Source: Octopus sinensis (taxonomy: Eukaryota). From it: a stretch of DNA of 64,000 bases. Both the position numbers and the translations under genes were made by a program. Location of the stretch: the NCBI RefSeq assembly GCF_006345805.1, contig NC_042997.1, positions 23,932,001 through 23,996,000 on the forward strand, written 5' to 3'. Under the pieces are notes generated by a model, which was not told where the DNA came from, ran no database searches, and worked only from the letters and a program-made list of their open reading frames with translations. Below, one piece after another: positions 53,100 through 64,000 of this stretch; the stretch's first letter is position 1; each line of letters starts with the position of its first letter.

Positions 53100-54084
53100 C
53101 CTTCGCGATAAATAAATATAATGTAGCACCCATGTATATACATTTATACAGAATAAAAAGAAAAAAATTTTTTGAAGTGAAATGGTCAAGAATGAGAAGA
53201 AAAGGAAAGGAAGAAGTTAAATATGCAAATCTTATTCATTTCTTACTTACTATCCATTCTGAATTAATCCACGGCCCACCATAATATAGCCCGGCCCCAC
53301 GGAAAAGCACTGGAGTAGAGACCCCGTAACTGGGTTTAGTTTTACTTTTAGTTTGCTTTAAGCAGTACCAGCTCAGGCTACGATAGACAACCGCTTTCAC
53401 TACTGAATGTTCTGTGTTCTTTGTGAAATCTCTGCTGTCTATCCTGAGACCCATTTCGGCTGATTCGTGTTTCATTGTTGATCCTTTCACACCAGCGTGT
53501 TGCTGGAAACTCCTCCAGCTTTCGCAGTATGAATAAAATATTCTTTTTCTCGGTATACATCAATAACGTACACAGCTTTAGGGCCAGATAACTTTTGAAT
53601 TCCAAATCCATCACGGACATTGAGATAAAAACGTTTGACAGAATGACTACTGGCCACAAAAGATTAAGAATAGTAATATAGAAGGGGTGGGGTGGGGTGG
53701 GGAAAATATTATTTCTTATTTTCAGCAATTATTTTTATTGGTCGTAAAATGTGGATCAAAGAAGTTACCAAGCAACGATTTTGGTAATCTATTTATCGGG
53801 ACTTTTACGTAATCAGCAAAAGTAGATATTTTTGAGAATTTTATGTAGCTTCTGTATTTTTCTTTTTTTTATTTTTTCAACTTAATTTACTTTCGGCAAT
53901 TTTTCGTTATATCTAAACATAATCGGAGAAAATTTAACTGTTATTTTGTTAACCATTCTCTTTTTAATTTCTTGCTTTCTTCTGCTTTTCTTCCATTCTT
54001 TTGTTAATGCATGTTACAGCTTCTTACTCATACACACACTCACGCACACACACGCACATTTATATATATATATATATATATATA

Positions 54085-54621
54085 CAGGGTGTCCCCAAAA
54101 AATGTATACACTTGCTGCAACAGTCTGTCATGCCAAGCATTAGAGAGGACTTTGAACAGGAAGAGTTTTATTTCCAGTAAGATGGGGCACCTCCACACTA
54201 CCATCGCGATGTTAGATCCTTTCTTGATGGGATCTTGCCAAAGAGGTGGATTGGACGGAGAGGTTTTGTCGAATACCCTCCATGTTCACCAGACCTCACA
54301 CCACTAGACTTCTTTTTATGGGGATACCTAAAGGACAAAGTCTACGCACAGAAACCTGCAACACTCGTTCAATTGAGGGCAACCATTGAACATGAATGTA
54401 CGAATATCCCAAGGGAATTGTTCCATGATGTGTGCCATTCCATCGCTTCGCGTTGTCAGCAGTGTCTGGAGCAGAACGGACATTAGTTTGAGAACATGCG
54501 ATAACAAGACAATAGAATAATATTTGTAAATTCTTTTACATGTTGAAAATTATTCGAATTATAATAAACCCCAAATTTACAATTATTTAAGGTGTGTATA
54601 CATTTTTTGGGGGACACCCTG
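54085..54621 (+). mobile_element. Non-autonomous Tc1/mariner DD41D (rosa-like) deletion derivative, copy 1
   Basis: TIRs cagggtgtcccc(c)aaaaaatgtatacac within (TA)n; transposase C-terminus with 41 residues between DGAPPH and SPDLTPLD. Confidence 0.92.
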
Positions 54622-54652
<31 letters not shown>

Positions 54653-54660
54653 TATATATA

Positions 54661-55194
54661 CAGGGTGTCCCCAAAAAATGTATACACTTGCTGCAACAGT
54701 CTGTCATGCCAAGCATTAGAGAGGACTTTGAACAGGAAGAGTTTTATTTCCAGTAAGATGGGGCACCTCCACACTACCATCGCGATGTTAGATCCTTTCT
54801 TGATGGGATCTTGCCAAAGAGGTGGATTGGACGGAGAGGTTTTGTCGAATACCCTCCATGTTCACCAGACCTCACACCACTAGACTTCTTTTTATGGGGA
54901 TACCTAAAGGACAAAGTCTACGCACAGAAACCTGCAACACTCGTTCAATTGAGGGCAACCATTGAACATGAATGTACGAATATCCCAAGGGAATTGTTCC
55001 ATGATGTGTGCCATTCCATCGCTTCGCGTTGTCAGCAGTGTCTGGAGCAGAACGGACATTAGTTTGAGAACATGCGATAACAAGACAATAGAATAATATT
55101 TGTAAATTCTTTTACATGTTGAAAATTATTCGAATTATAATAAACCCCAAATTTACAATTATTTAAGGTGTGTATACATTTTTTGGGGGACACC

Positions 55195-55197
<3 letters not shown>
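54661..55197 (+). mobile_element. DD41D deletion derivative, copy 2 (apparently identical to copy 1)
   Basis: Same 537-bp sequence at an offset of 576 bp. Confidence 0.92.
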
Positions 55198-55260
<63 letters not shown>

Positions 55261-55339
55261 TGTGTGTGTGTGTGTGTGTGTGTGTGGATTATGAGAGGAT
55301 TCCTCCACCTCACTCTCTATTTCGTATCTTATCTAAATT

Positions 55340-55480
55340 GACTATTATTTAACCATCTTCTCAAACCGTCTCCGATGAAGGGATATAATAAATATCCTGG
55401 AAACAGCTGTAAGACCTTCTATCTATAAATGTTCTGAAATATACACAGCCTTGGTTTGTTATTTCATTACAAAAAAAAAA
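55340..55480 (+). mobile_element. Penelope-like element terminus with a minimal hammerhead-like motif
   Basis: gtct-ccgatga-agggatat.aataa.atatcct-ggaaac-agct-gta-agac (55368-55415). Confidence 0.65.
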
Positions 55481-56249
55481 TTATATATATATTTACGCAG
55501 TGGCGCACACATGTACATTCCTTCAAAATTTCTTTTATTTCATTGTAATTATATTTTTACGTTATTTCCAAATTAATTACAATTTTTTTCTGAATATCTT
55601 TTGGTATATATATTGCTGTTTCATTTGTTTTAAAATATATCAAAATCAAATGATAAAAGAATATTCCGGAGATGTACTTGCATAGCAAGTGATCTGATCT
55701 GAGATCGTGTACTGGAATAAAAAACAGTTGCAGCGTGGAAGGTGCTTATGAGTCATTTAAGAAACACACGAAAACCGTTAGATTCACTTCAACATTTAAA
55801 TTTAATTTGCCAAAATATTTTCGTCGCTTAAGACCGCGACTTGTTCACTGACAAAATTCCGTGCAAAGAATATTCATACTCTTAAAAAGAGACGCTCTGT
55901 TTAATTGTCCAGGCATAACGTCATGGAATGCTCGAATTTGTCCGGTGGCTCTTGCAGTATGAATGGTAGGGCAGTGAACCAAATATCCTGAAGTTCACGA
56001 GCCGTAGCAGTCAACTGATATCTGGGGAATTAATGAGTGAAATGAGGTCGAAAGAAAAGAATGTGTTGAAGATGTATGAAATGTGAGGTGAGAATAGAGA
56101 GACGAGGAGACGATATTTATTTACATTAAATAGTTCGAGTGATGTCAATTGGCCTCAACCATTAGTAGTTTTATATTATTACTAAACCTCTGTATATACA
56201 TGTTGGCGGGAGGCACATGTGCATGCATGTGTGTGTGTGTGTTCAGTAT

Positions 56250-56643
56250 TCTTTCTTCTTCTTTAGCACTCCGTCGGTTACGACGATGAGGGTCCCAGCT
56301 GATACGATCAACGGAACAGCTTGCTCGTGCAATTCACGTGCAAGTGGCTGAGCACTCCACAGACACGTGTACCCTTCACGTAGTTCTCGAGGAGATTCAG
56401 CGTGACACAGAGTGTGGCAAGGCTGGCCCTTTGAAATACAGGTACAGAAACAGGAAGAAAGAGTGAGAGAAAGTTGTGGTGAAAGAGTTCAGAAGGGTTC
56501 ACCACCACCCCCTGCAGGAGCCTCGTGAAGCTTTAGGTGTTTTCGCTCAATAAACACTCACAATGCCCGGTCTGGGAATCGAAACCGCGATCCTACGACC
56601 GCGAGTCCGCTGCCCTAACCACTGGGCCATTGCGCCTCCACGA
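56250..56643 (-). mobile_element. SINE-C, 9-bp TSD
   Basis: gttcagtat at 56241-49 and 56644-52; body matches 37285-37665. Confidence 0.92.
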
Positions 56644-58014
56644 GTTCAGTATAAGCACACGAAGTATCGATGATAAAAAGAATGATGTTTATATTTAGGT
56701 TTAACCCATTTTTACACAACAGACACTGCAAGCTCCAAATTATATCACTGATCTAGATTCAGCACTGACGATGCGAAATGAGGCTGTATATACACCACCG
56801 GAAGCTCTTGTTGACAAACAACAGCAGTAATTTTATTCAGCTGAATACACGTCATTGATTGGTTGAAATTACCGAAATACGATAATTTTAACGTGAAATA
56901 ACTTGGTAAATATAAGTTTTTCTCAAAAATGCTAAGAGTAAAAGATGTTTTATATGACACATTCTACCAGTGTCCGAACTTTGAAAGAGTTTAGTTACAA
57001 AAAATTATTTTTAAATCTGTAGGTCAAAAGGTAAAGATCCCCACCCTGCATAATAATTATTTCGGATATCGGAACAGAGGTAAACTTATCATATCGCCTC
57101 CTCTACTCAACAGGTACCTATTTTATAAACATCGAAAGGGTGAAAGAAAAAGTGAACAACGGTGGATCCTGTACTCAGAACGTGAGGACGGACGAAATGT
57201 CGACGTGTTAACTATTTTGCGAGCTCGCTGTCTTCGCCCAGTTTCATAATTCTTTCTGCTATACTCAAAAGGACAGAAATTTTAGGGGGGGGGGAGACTA
57301 GACGATTACATCAAAACCACAGATCAAGAGGGTTCTTACTTTATCAACCCTAAAAAAAAAAGAATGAAATAGAAATTCTACTTTGGTGTAATTTGAACTC
57401 AGAAACATGAAGACGAACGAAATGCCGTTAAGAGTTTTGCCCGTCATGCTAACGAGTCTGCCACCTCGCTGCCTTCACGCATCTTTCTAACAATCACAGT
57501 ATCATAATGACAGAATTTATTTTGAGCAAAATGAAAGAAAAAACTGCACCTTTGCCAACTCATCGCCCTAAATTTCCTTATTGTCTACCATTCATAATCA
57601 CTACTAAATTTGACGCAGCTTTATTGCGTTCATTTATTTATTTATTTTTACTTCCCCCGTTCCTATTCAGCTTATATCAAAAGGAATTATTATAGACACA
57701 CTTGCTTTAGAGATTGTTTGCAGCAGCCATTCATAGACACATTTTAAAAGAAAAATAATGGTGAAGATTTCGTTATGTTTAGATATAGACGGGTGAAATC
57801 ATCCTATAAACTACAGAGATTACCCTCCAATATATTATTACCGTAGGCTTTATTGTATACTTATTGATGATAGTTTCAAATAGCATAAAGAGATGGAAAA
57901 AAAAAAATTATATTGTGTTTTGTTCACATTGCAAAATATGCAGATTATTTTAATATAAAGACATTTCAAAATGAGCCCCAAAATCAACAACGATAAAGTG
58001 TAATAAATAATTAA

Positions 58015-58049
<35 letters not shown>

Positions 58050-58096
58050 ATATAAATGCGCTTCATGGAAAGTGTCATTTGTCTCATGTATTAAGT

Positions 58097-58139
<43 letters not shown>

Positions 58140-58189
58140 ATATATATACATATATTTAGTGCTATATATATATATACATATATTTAGTG

Positions 58190-58234
<45 letters not shown>

Positions 58235-58611
58235 TGTATTTGTGAGTGTATATGTGTGATTTATGCGCCATTGTGATGTAATAAAGATATAGAATGAGTT
58301 ATTGACAGCACTAACAATAGTTATATGTACGTTGACACACACAAAAATTTGGAGAGTTACACTTACAAGCAGACACACAAATACACACACGCACGCATAC
58401 ACATGCACACACAAATATGCAAACACAGGAATATCTTTAAAAATTGAATTACAAGTATAATATATAGCAAAGTCGGGAGAAGAGAAATCAATCGAAAAAA
58501 AGACAAATAAATAAATATATCCTCCTAGAAGTTGAAAGCAACTGTAAATAGACCAAATTAAAAGATTTCAATGGTAAATTTCTGTATAGTCATCAGTCCT
58601 ACGAACGCACT

Positions 58612-58666
<55 letters not shown>

Positions 58667-59311
58667 GTACGTATATATACAGTATACAAAATCATAGACG
58701 TAATTTTCTTCTGTGTGTATACACATATACACAAATATATACAAATATATGTGATATATTATACGTGAGTTTGCTCGTGGAAATATTTATATATGCATAC
58801 ACAGATACATACATGCATACATACATGTATACATACATACACACGTGTGTGTGTATGTATGTGTGTGTGAAGTACTTAATTGAGTCTGGGATCGAAATCG
58901 TTTCAAATCTGTATCTGTGTACGCGAGAAGGGGTTGACGATGTATAGTGTTCATTTAAAACCATAACAAGACATTATTCATATCAGTTGCCCCTTATAAA
59001 TATTATATATTTACATGCAAATATGTAATTTCAAACTAAAACCACTCGATACTCGTAAGTAAATTTATTGCAAGGAAATATAAAAGTACATACATCAAAT
59101 ACACCTACGTACACAAACACATACATGTAATCAGCAATACATACACACACACATACACGCACACACACAAATACACAGCAATACACACGCGCGCATGTAT
59201 ATATATATAAGTATCTGTGCGCAGAAAAAATGTGAAGCTGGTATGCGTGAGAGTGTAGTTAATTATATACACTTCCATTTTTTCTTTTTAATTCTTTCTC
59301 TCTCTCTCTCT

Positions 59312-59390
<79 letters not shown>

Positions 59391-59581
59391 TCATACATAT
59401 ATATATATATATATATATATAGCATTTCTATTAATATACATTCGTAACCAGTATTGTAAAAAACTTAAAAGCCATCCATCGATATATACTCGCATACATA
59501 TGCATTTATACTTACACATACACGCATATAACATACACACACACACGCGCGTACACACACACACATACACACATACGCACG

Positions 59582-59656
<75 letters not shown>

Positions 59657-60166
59657 TAAATATATACGCATGATCGCGTGTTTATGTATTTTTGCGAGAT
59701 GACGCGCGGCCTAGAGGTAAGTGATTTGCACCGAAGATCAGAAGACCGTAATTTCTATACCTTGGCCGGACTTGCGCTGTGATTTTGAGCAAACTCTGCA
59801 TTTCATGTTGTTCCACCCTACGCAGCTATAAATAGCTCCCCACAATAAGGTGCAGTGAAATTGCGTTTAGAAGTGAAAATACGTTTAAAAAATTGTTGAA
59901 GGAACCTAAAGTTCGTTTATTTCCCAACACTGCTTTGCGCTACATCTAATATACATACGTGACTGTGTGGTAAGAAGCTTGCTTCCCAACGACATGGTCT
60001 CGAGTTCAGTTCACTGTGTGGCACCTCTAGCAGGCGTCTTTTACTATATAACCTGGGGCCGACCAAGAGCCTGGTGAGTGGATTTGGTAGACAGAAACTG
60101 AAAGAAGCTCGTCGTTTATATATTTGTATATATCTATGTATATGAGTCTTTGTGTCTGACTTTGTC

Positions 60167-60209
<43 letters not shown>

Positions 60210-60212
<3 letters not shown>

Positions 60213-60420
60213 AGAGTTCACGAAAAAGCTAAAGACGAAGACCGGTGGTGTACAAAACAAACCGATGTATTAGTATAACGCTCAGGAATTGAAAAAGTCT
60301 TTTACGTTTCGAGCCTACGCTCTTCTACAGAAATGGATACAGAAAAAAAAACAAGGAGAGAAAAAATGTATGTAGTGGCTACCGATCTATCAAGGCGACT
60401 GCCGGACAGAAGGGTCACAC
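60210..60420 (-). mobile_element. Penelope-like terminus with a variant hammerhead-like motif
   Basis: Minus strand ttt-ctgtaga-agagc.gtag.gctc-gaaacgta-aaa (60333-60301). Confidence 0.55.
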
Positions 60421-60596
60421 AGGAGAGCGAAGAAGTAGGGGAGATAACAAAGTAAAGATGACCCCCCAACACGTAGGGTCGTGTGTGTATTAGAGAACGT
60501 ATGTCCGTGTGAAAGAGGGCTGGTGGTCTTGAAGTGTGCGTGTATGTATGTGTAGGTGTGAAAATGTGGGGCTAGGAATTGGCTAGGAATTGGTCA

Positions 60597-60813
60597 GGCG
60601 GCGAGCTGGCAGGAATGTTAGCACGCTGGGCGAAATGCTTAGCTGTACGTTCTGAGTTCAAATTCCGCCGAGGTCGACTTTGTCTTTCATCCTTTCGGGG
60701 GTCGATAAATTAAGTACCAGTTACGCACTGGGGTCGATTTAATCGACTTAATCCGTTTGTCTGTCCTTATTTGTCCCCACTATGTTTAGCCCCTTGTGGG
60801 CAATAAAGAAATA
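60597..60813 (+). mobile_element. SINE-B with a 13-bp TSD
   Basis: aggaattggtcag at 60585-97 and 60814-26. Confidence 0.92.
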
Positions 60814-60922
60814 AGGAATTGGTCAGTGCTGGTGTATGGGTGGTGTGTTGTGATGTGATGTGTAATGTTGTATGGTATAGTGTGGTGTGGTGTGATGTTG
60901 TTGGGTGGGGGTGGGGCGAACT

Positions 60923-61303
60923 GCAGCCATGCTGGAGCTCCAGCTTTAGTTGAGCAAATCAACACCAGGACTTATTATTTGGAAGTCTAGTATTTATTCT
61001 ATCGGCCTCTTTTGCCGAACCACTAAGTTACGTGAGCGCAAACACACCAACATCAGTTGTCAAGAGATGTTTTTTTTTTGGGGGGGGGAGCAAACACAGA
61101 CACACAAACATCATATACACACACATACATATAAATATATATATACATATATACGACGGGCTTCTTTCAGTTTCCGTCTACCAAATATACTCACAAGGCT
61201 GTGGTCAGCCCGAGGCTATAGTAGAAGACACTTGCCCAAGGTGCCACGCAGTGGCAATGAACATTGGACCTTGTGGTTAGTAAGCAAGCTACTTACCACA
61301 CAG
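60923..61303 (-). mobile_element. SINE-A, diverged
   Basis: Family match. Confidence 0.88.
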
Positions 61304-61749
61304 CCATATACATATATATATATTCAAATTCAGGGAGTGGAACGGGTAAAATGCACACTACATATGTTTCTTAGTTAGCCGATCCGCTGATGCAATAGTT
61401 TTTCAACGAGGAGTACTCCACGTAGGTAATCATCAGGCTGAGATCACCTAAATTAAATGAAGGTTATCATGAGTTATCGATACCGGACAAAGTGTGTAAC
61501 CTTCGTTACCAATAATTTTTTATTGTTCTCTCTCACGCTCTGTATAAATACAAACTTGACAGGAATAAATAGACACCCTTATATTTAAGGGTGTCTATAT
61601 TTAAGTTCTATATTTAAGAGATGGGTAATTATATACATTATTTACATTATTTACATTTGCGTTAACAACAAACAAGATGAGGACAAATACCCTTATAATC
61701 GTTAAAATTTATTGAAATCTGAAATTCAATTTCAAGTTCTTTATTAATT

Positions 61750-62800
61750 ATCATATTATGAATATCTAGTATTTTGTAGGTATGCCCTTTATATTTTTAA
61801 CGCAAGGACTCTGTGTTAAGCATGCTACTGATCAGATGACAAATATTCTCTTAAGGAATTTCTTGCCAAATCTCATGCAGTAATTACAAAAGATCTGGCT
61901 TTGAAGATGTTTTCTTGTTCTTTTTACGAAGTATCCAATCCATTATGCCCCAGAGGTGATCGCTAGGGTTAATATCTGGTGACTGGCTCGGCTATGGAAG
62001 CTTTTGAATGCCATTCTCTTCCAACCAATCTTTAGCTGTGTGACAAGGAACCCTATCTTCCATAATTAAAGAGTCTTCTTCAATTATTTCGCCGCTGGAG
62101 AAAATTCGAAGGAGTCATTTCTACACTATGGACACATATTTATCTGAGTTTATGTTTCCCTCACTTTCCACCAGCTCTGATCAACCATTGCTCCAAATTG
62201 CTCCCCAGGTCATCACAGAATAGCTGCCATGTTTCATTGTTGGCTGCAACCGTTTCACTTCAAATTCTTGATCACAGAGTCTCCAGATCCACATTCGACC
62301 ACAATCAGAAACTACAGCAAATCTGGACTCATCAGAGAATATCACAGAGTCCCAAAATGTTAGTGGCCTTTCCACAATCACTGACCCCAAATTCTCTCTG
62401 CTTGATATTAACTGGTCGAAGAAGTGGCTTCCTACTTGCTGCTCTTCCATAGTATCCAACTTTGTGGAGATACCAAACAGCTGTTCTAAGACTGATATCA
62501 ACTTGTTCTGTGAAGTCAGAGGCCTTTCAGTTTGGATTAACCTCTACTCTTCTCTTAGCAAAGTGAAAGGTCCTGTCAGATGGCCCTGGTCGACCTAGGC
62601 GAGGTTATGGGGACTGCTTCCCCTTTTTGGTAAATTGCACAATCACTCTTTTAACTGTAGAAAGCGAGATCCCAAGACTTTCCGCGATTTTATGATAAGT
62701 ACACCTTCAGATTCACCCACAATACGGCCTCTTTGAAATGCAGACAGTTCCAAAGCTTCTTTTGTACGTGGCAAGATTAAAGTCACATACAGAATTTGAA
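61750..62800 (-). mobile_element. Tc1 transposase pseudogene
   Basis: LELSAFQRGRIVG..LSTVKRVI (HTH), WDSVIFSDESRF..LQPTMKHGSYSVMTWG, HTAKDWLEENGIQKLP*PSQSPDINP; stops and frameshifts. Confidence 0.9.
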
Positions 62801-63211
62801 ACATACAGATGTCAATTAATAAAAAAAATTATAAACCTTTTCAAATTAAACTAAACATAAAGCGATTTTATATAGTATGGCTATTTACTTCTGTCATGTA
62901 AAGTGATGAAGCTTTCTTTTTAGTCTAACGCACGTTTTATGCATGATATGGGTTTGGCTAGATATGGGTTTGGCTTTCGCTTCGTCTTTAATATTTTCGC
63001 TTTATACATAATGATATCAAAAATATTGATATTAGTCTTCCAGCATCTTGTGTGGTATTGTTCCCCAAATCTTAGCATATACATCTGATTAATCCGATGA
63101 GATTTTTCTTGATCGTGTCTCGTCAGAATATGTACACATTTTGTTATAGTTCTCATATATTGAACATCATTTCTGGGCTTTTATTCCGAGCATTCTATTT
63201 AATGGGGTCAC

Positions 63212-63525
63212 GTGAAGGCTCATGGTTCAGTGATTAGAGCGTTGGGATCACAATCAAGAGTTAGAGAGTTCCATTCTCGGACCGGGCTGTGTGTTGTGTT
63301 CTTGAGCAAGACACTTTATTTCACGTTGCTCCATTTCACTCAGAGGCAGAAATGAGTTACGACGTCATTTGGATAACATCAGTGGCGCGGAGAGAAAAGT
63401 TGGTGTGCATGAGGAACTACTGATCTTCCATAATCAACCATGCCCAAAATTGTGCGTAGGAGGGTAACTTGCTAGGTGCAATCCCATGGTCATTCATGAC
63501 CGAAGGGGGTCTTTACACTTTACCC
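63212..63525 (+). mobile_element. Older tRNA-headed CORE-type SINE
   Basis: tggttcagtgattagagc (A box), gagttccattctc (B-box relic), tgtgttcttgagcaagacacttta (CORE-like). Related relics at about 26940-27070 and 59700-59850. Confidence 0.7.
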
Positions 63526-64000
63526 GTTACCCTTTACGTGTTTATTCCCATAAAACCTTACGACCTAGTGTTTCTATTTGATGAAGTCTCCATTTTACAG
63601 ATAATTAGTATTATGTAAATCCTGTTCGGGGTAGTTCCAGAACAAATATTTATTCTATTTAAGGGTATTGAGCTCTTTTCTATTTTCTGCGTAGTATCAC
63701 CGTGGCACCAACCCTACGAATACTCACTAACTACCTATAGAGAAATATTGCGGAAGAGAGAGAGAGAGAGAGAAAGAAAGCGTGTATGTGACAACAGACA
63801 TACAGACCGAGAGGGGGAGCTAAAACGAAAGATATATATAACGAGTGAAAAAAAGAAAAGAAAGGCGGAAAAGATAAAAAGAAACAATCTGAACAAAAGG
63901 AAAGGAGGAAATGAGAGAAACGGTGCTCGTTGCGGGTCAACTTTCTTATATGTATAGGCGTAAAAATTGTTCCCCTCGTGTATACGATATCGTATGACAC

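Noticed and set aside
61569-61598. 13-bp perfect palindrome atagacaccctta/taagggtgtctat
   Set aside because: Best explained as abutting Tc1/mariner-type TIR ends beside the Tc1 relic.

Overview
AT-rich, microsatellite-dense eukaryotic genomic DNA. It is most likely an octopod (Octopus-like) genome; this rests on my recollection of the SINE families and was not checked by search. Retroelement and transposon debris dominates the window. (i) Three tRNA-headed SINE families plus older relics, labelled here for convenience: SINE-A is CORE-like with an internal microsatellite, SINE-B has a Tx1-like tail and often forms multimers, SINE-C has a tRNA-Arg(TCG)-like head. (ii) Dead non-LTR elements: one L1/Tx1-clade RT, one Tx1-like 3' end, and two R4/Dong-type RLE elements. 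The Tx1-like 3' end and both RLE elements have the same microsatellite on both sides. (iii) Tc1/mariner relics, including a tandem pair of DD41D deletion derivatives. (iv) A non-autonomous Helitron and Penelope-like termini with minimal hammerhead folds. Host genes are visible only as candidate exons: a 189-nt plus-strand exon at 10.5 kb and a phase-consistent three-exon minus-strand 3' end at 14.8-16.5 kb. I cannot name either protein. Most ORFs in the supplied track are microsatellite or SINE artefacts. The strongest lead is SINE-B: its tail matches Tx1 LINE tails, and it forms head-less tandem multimers at fixed internal junctions that resemble its genomic target sites. All coordinates and alignments were read by eye.
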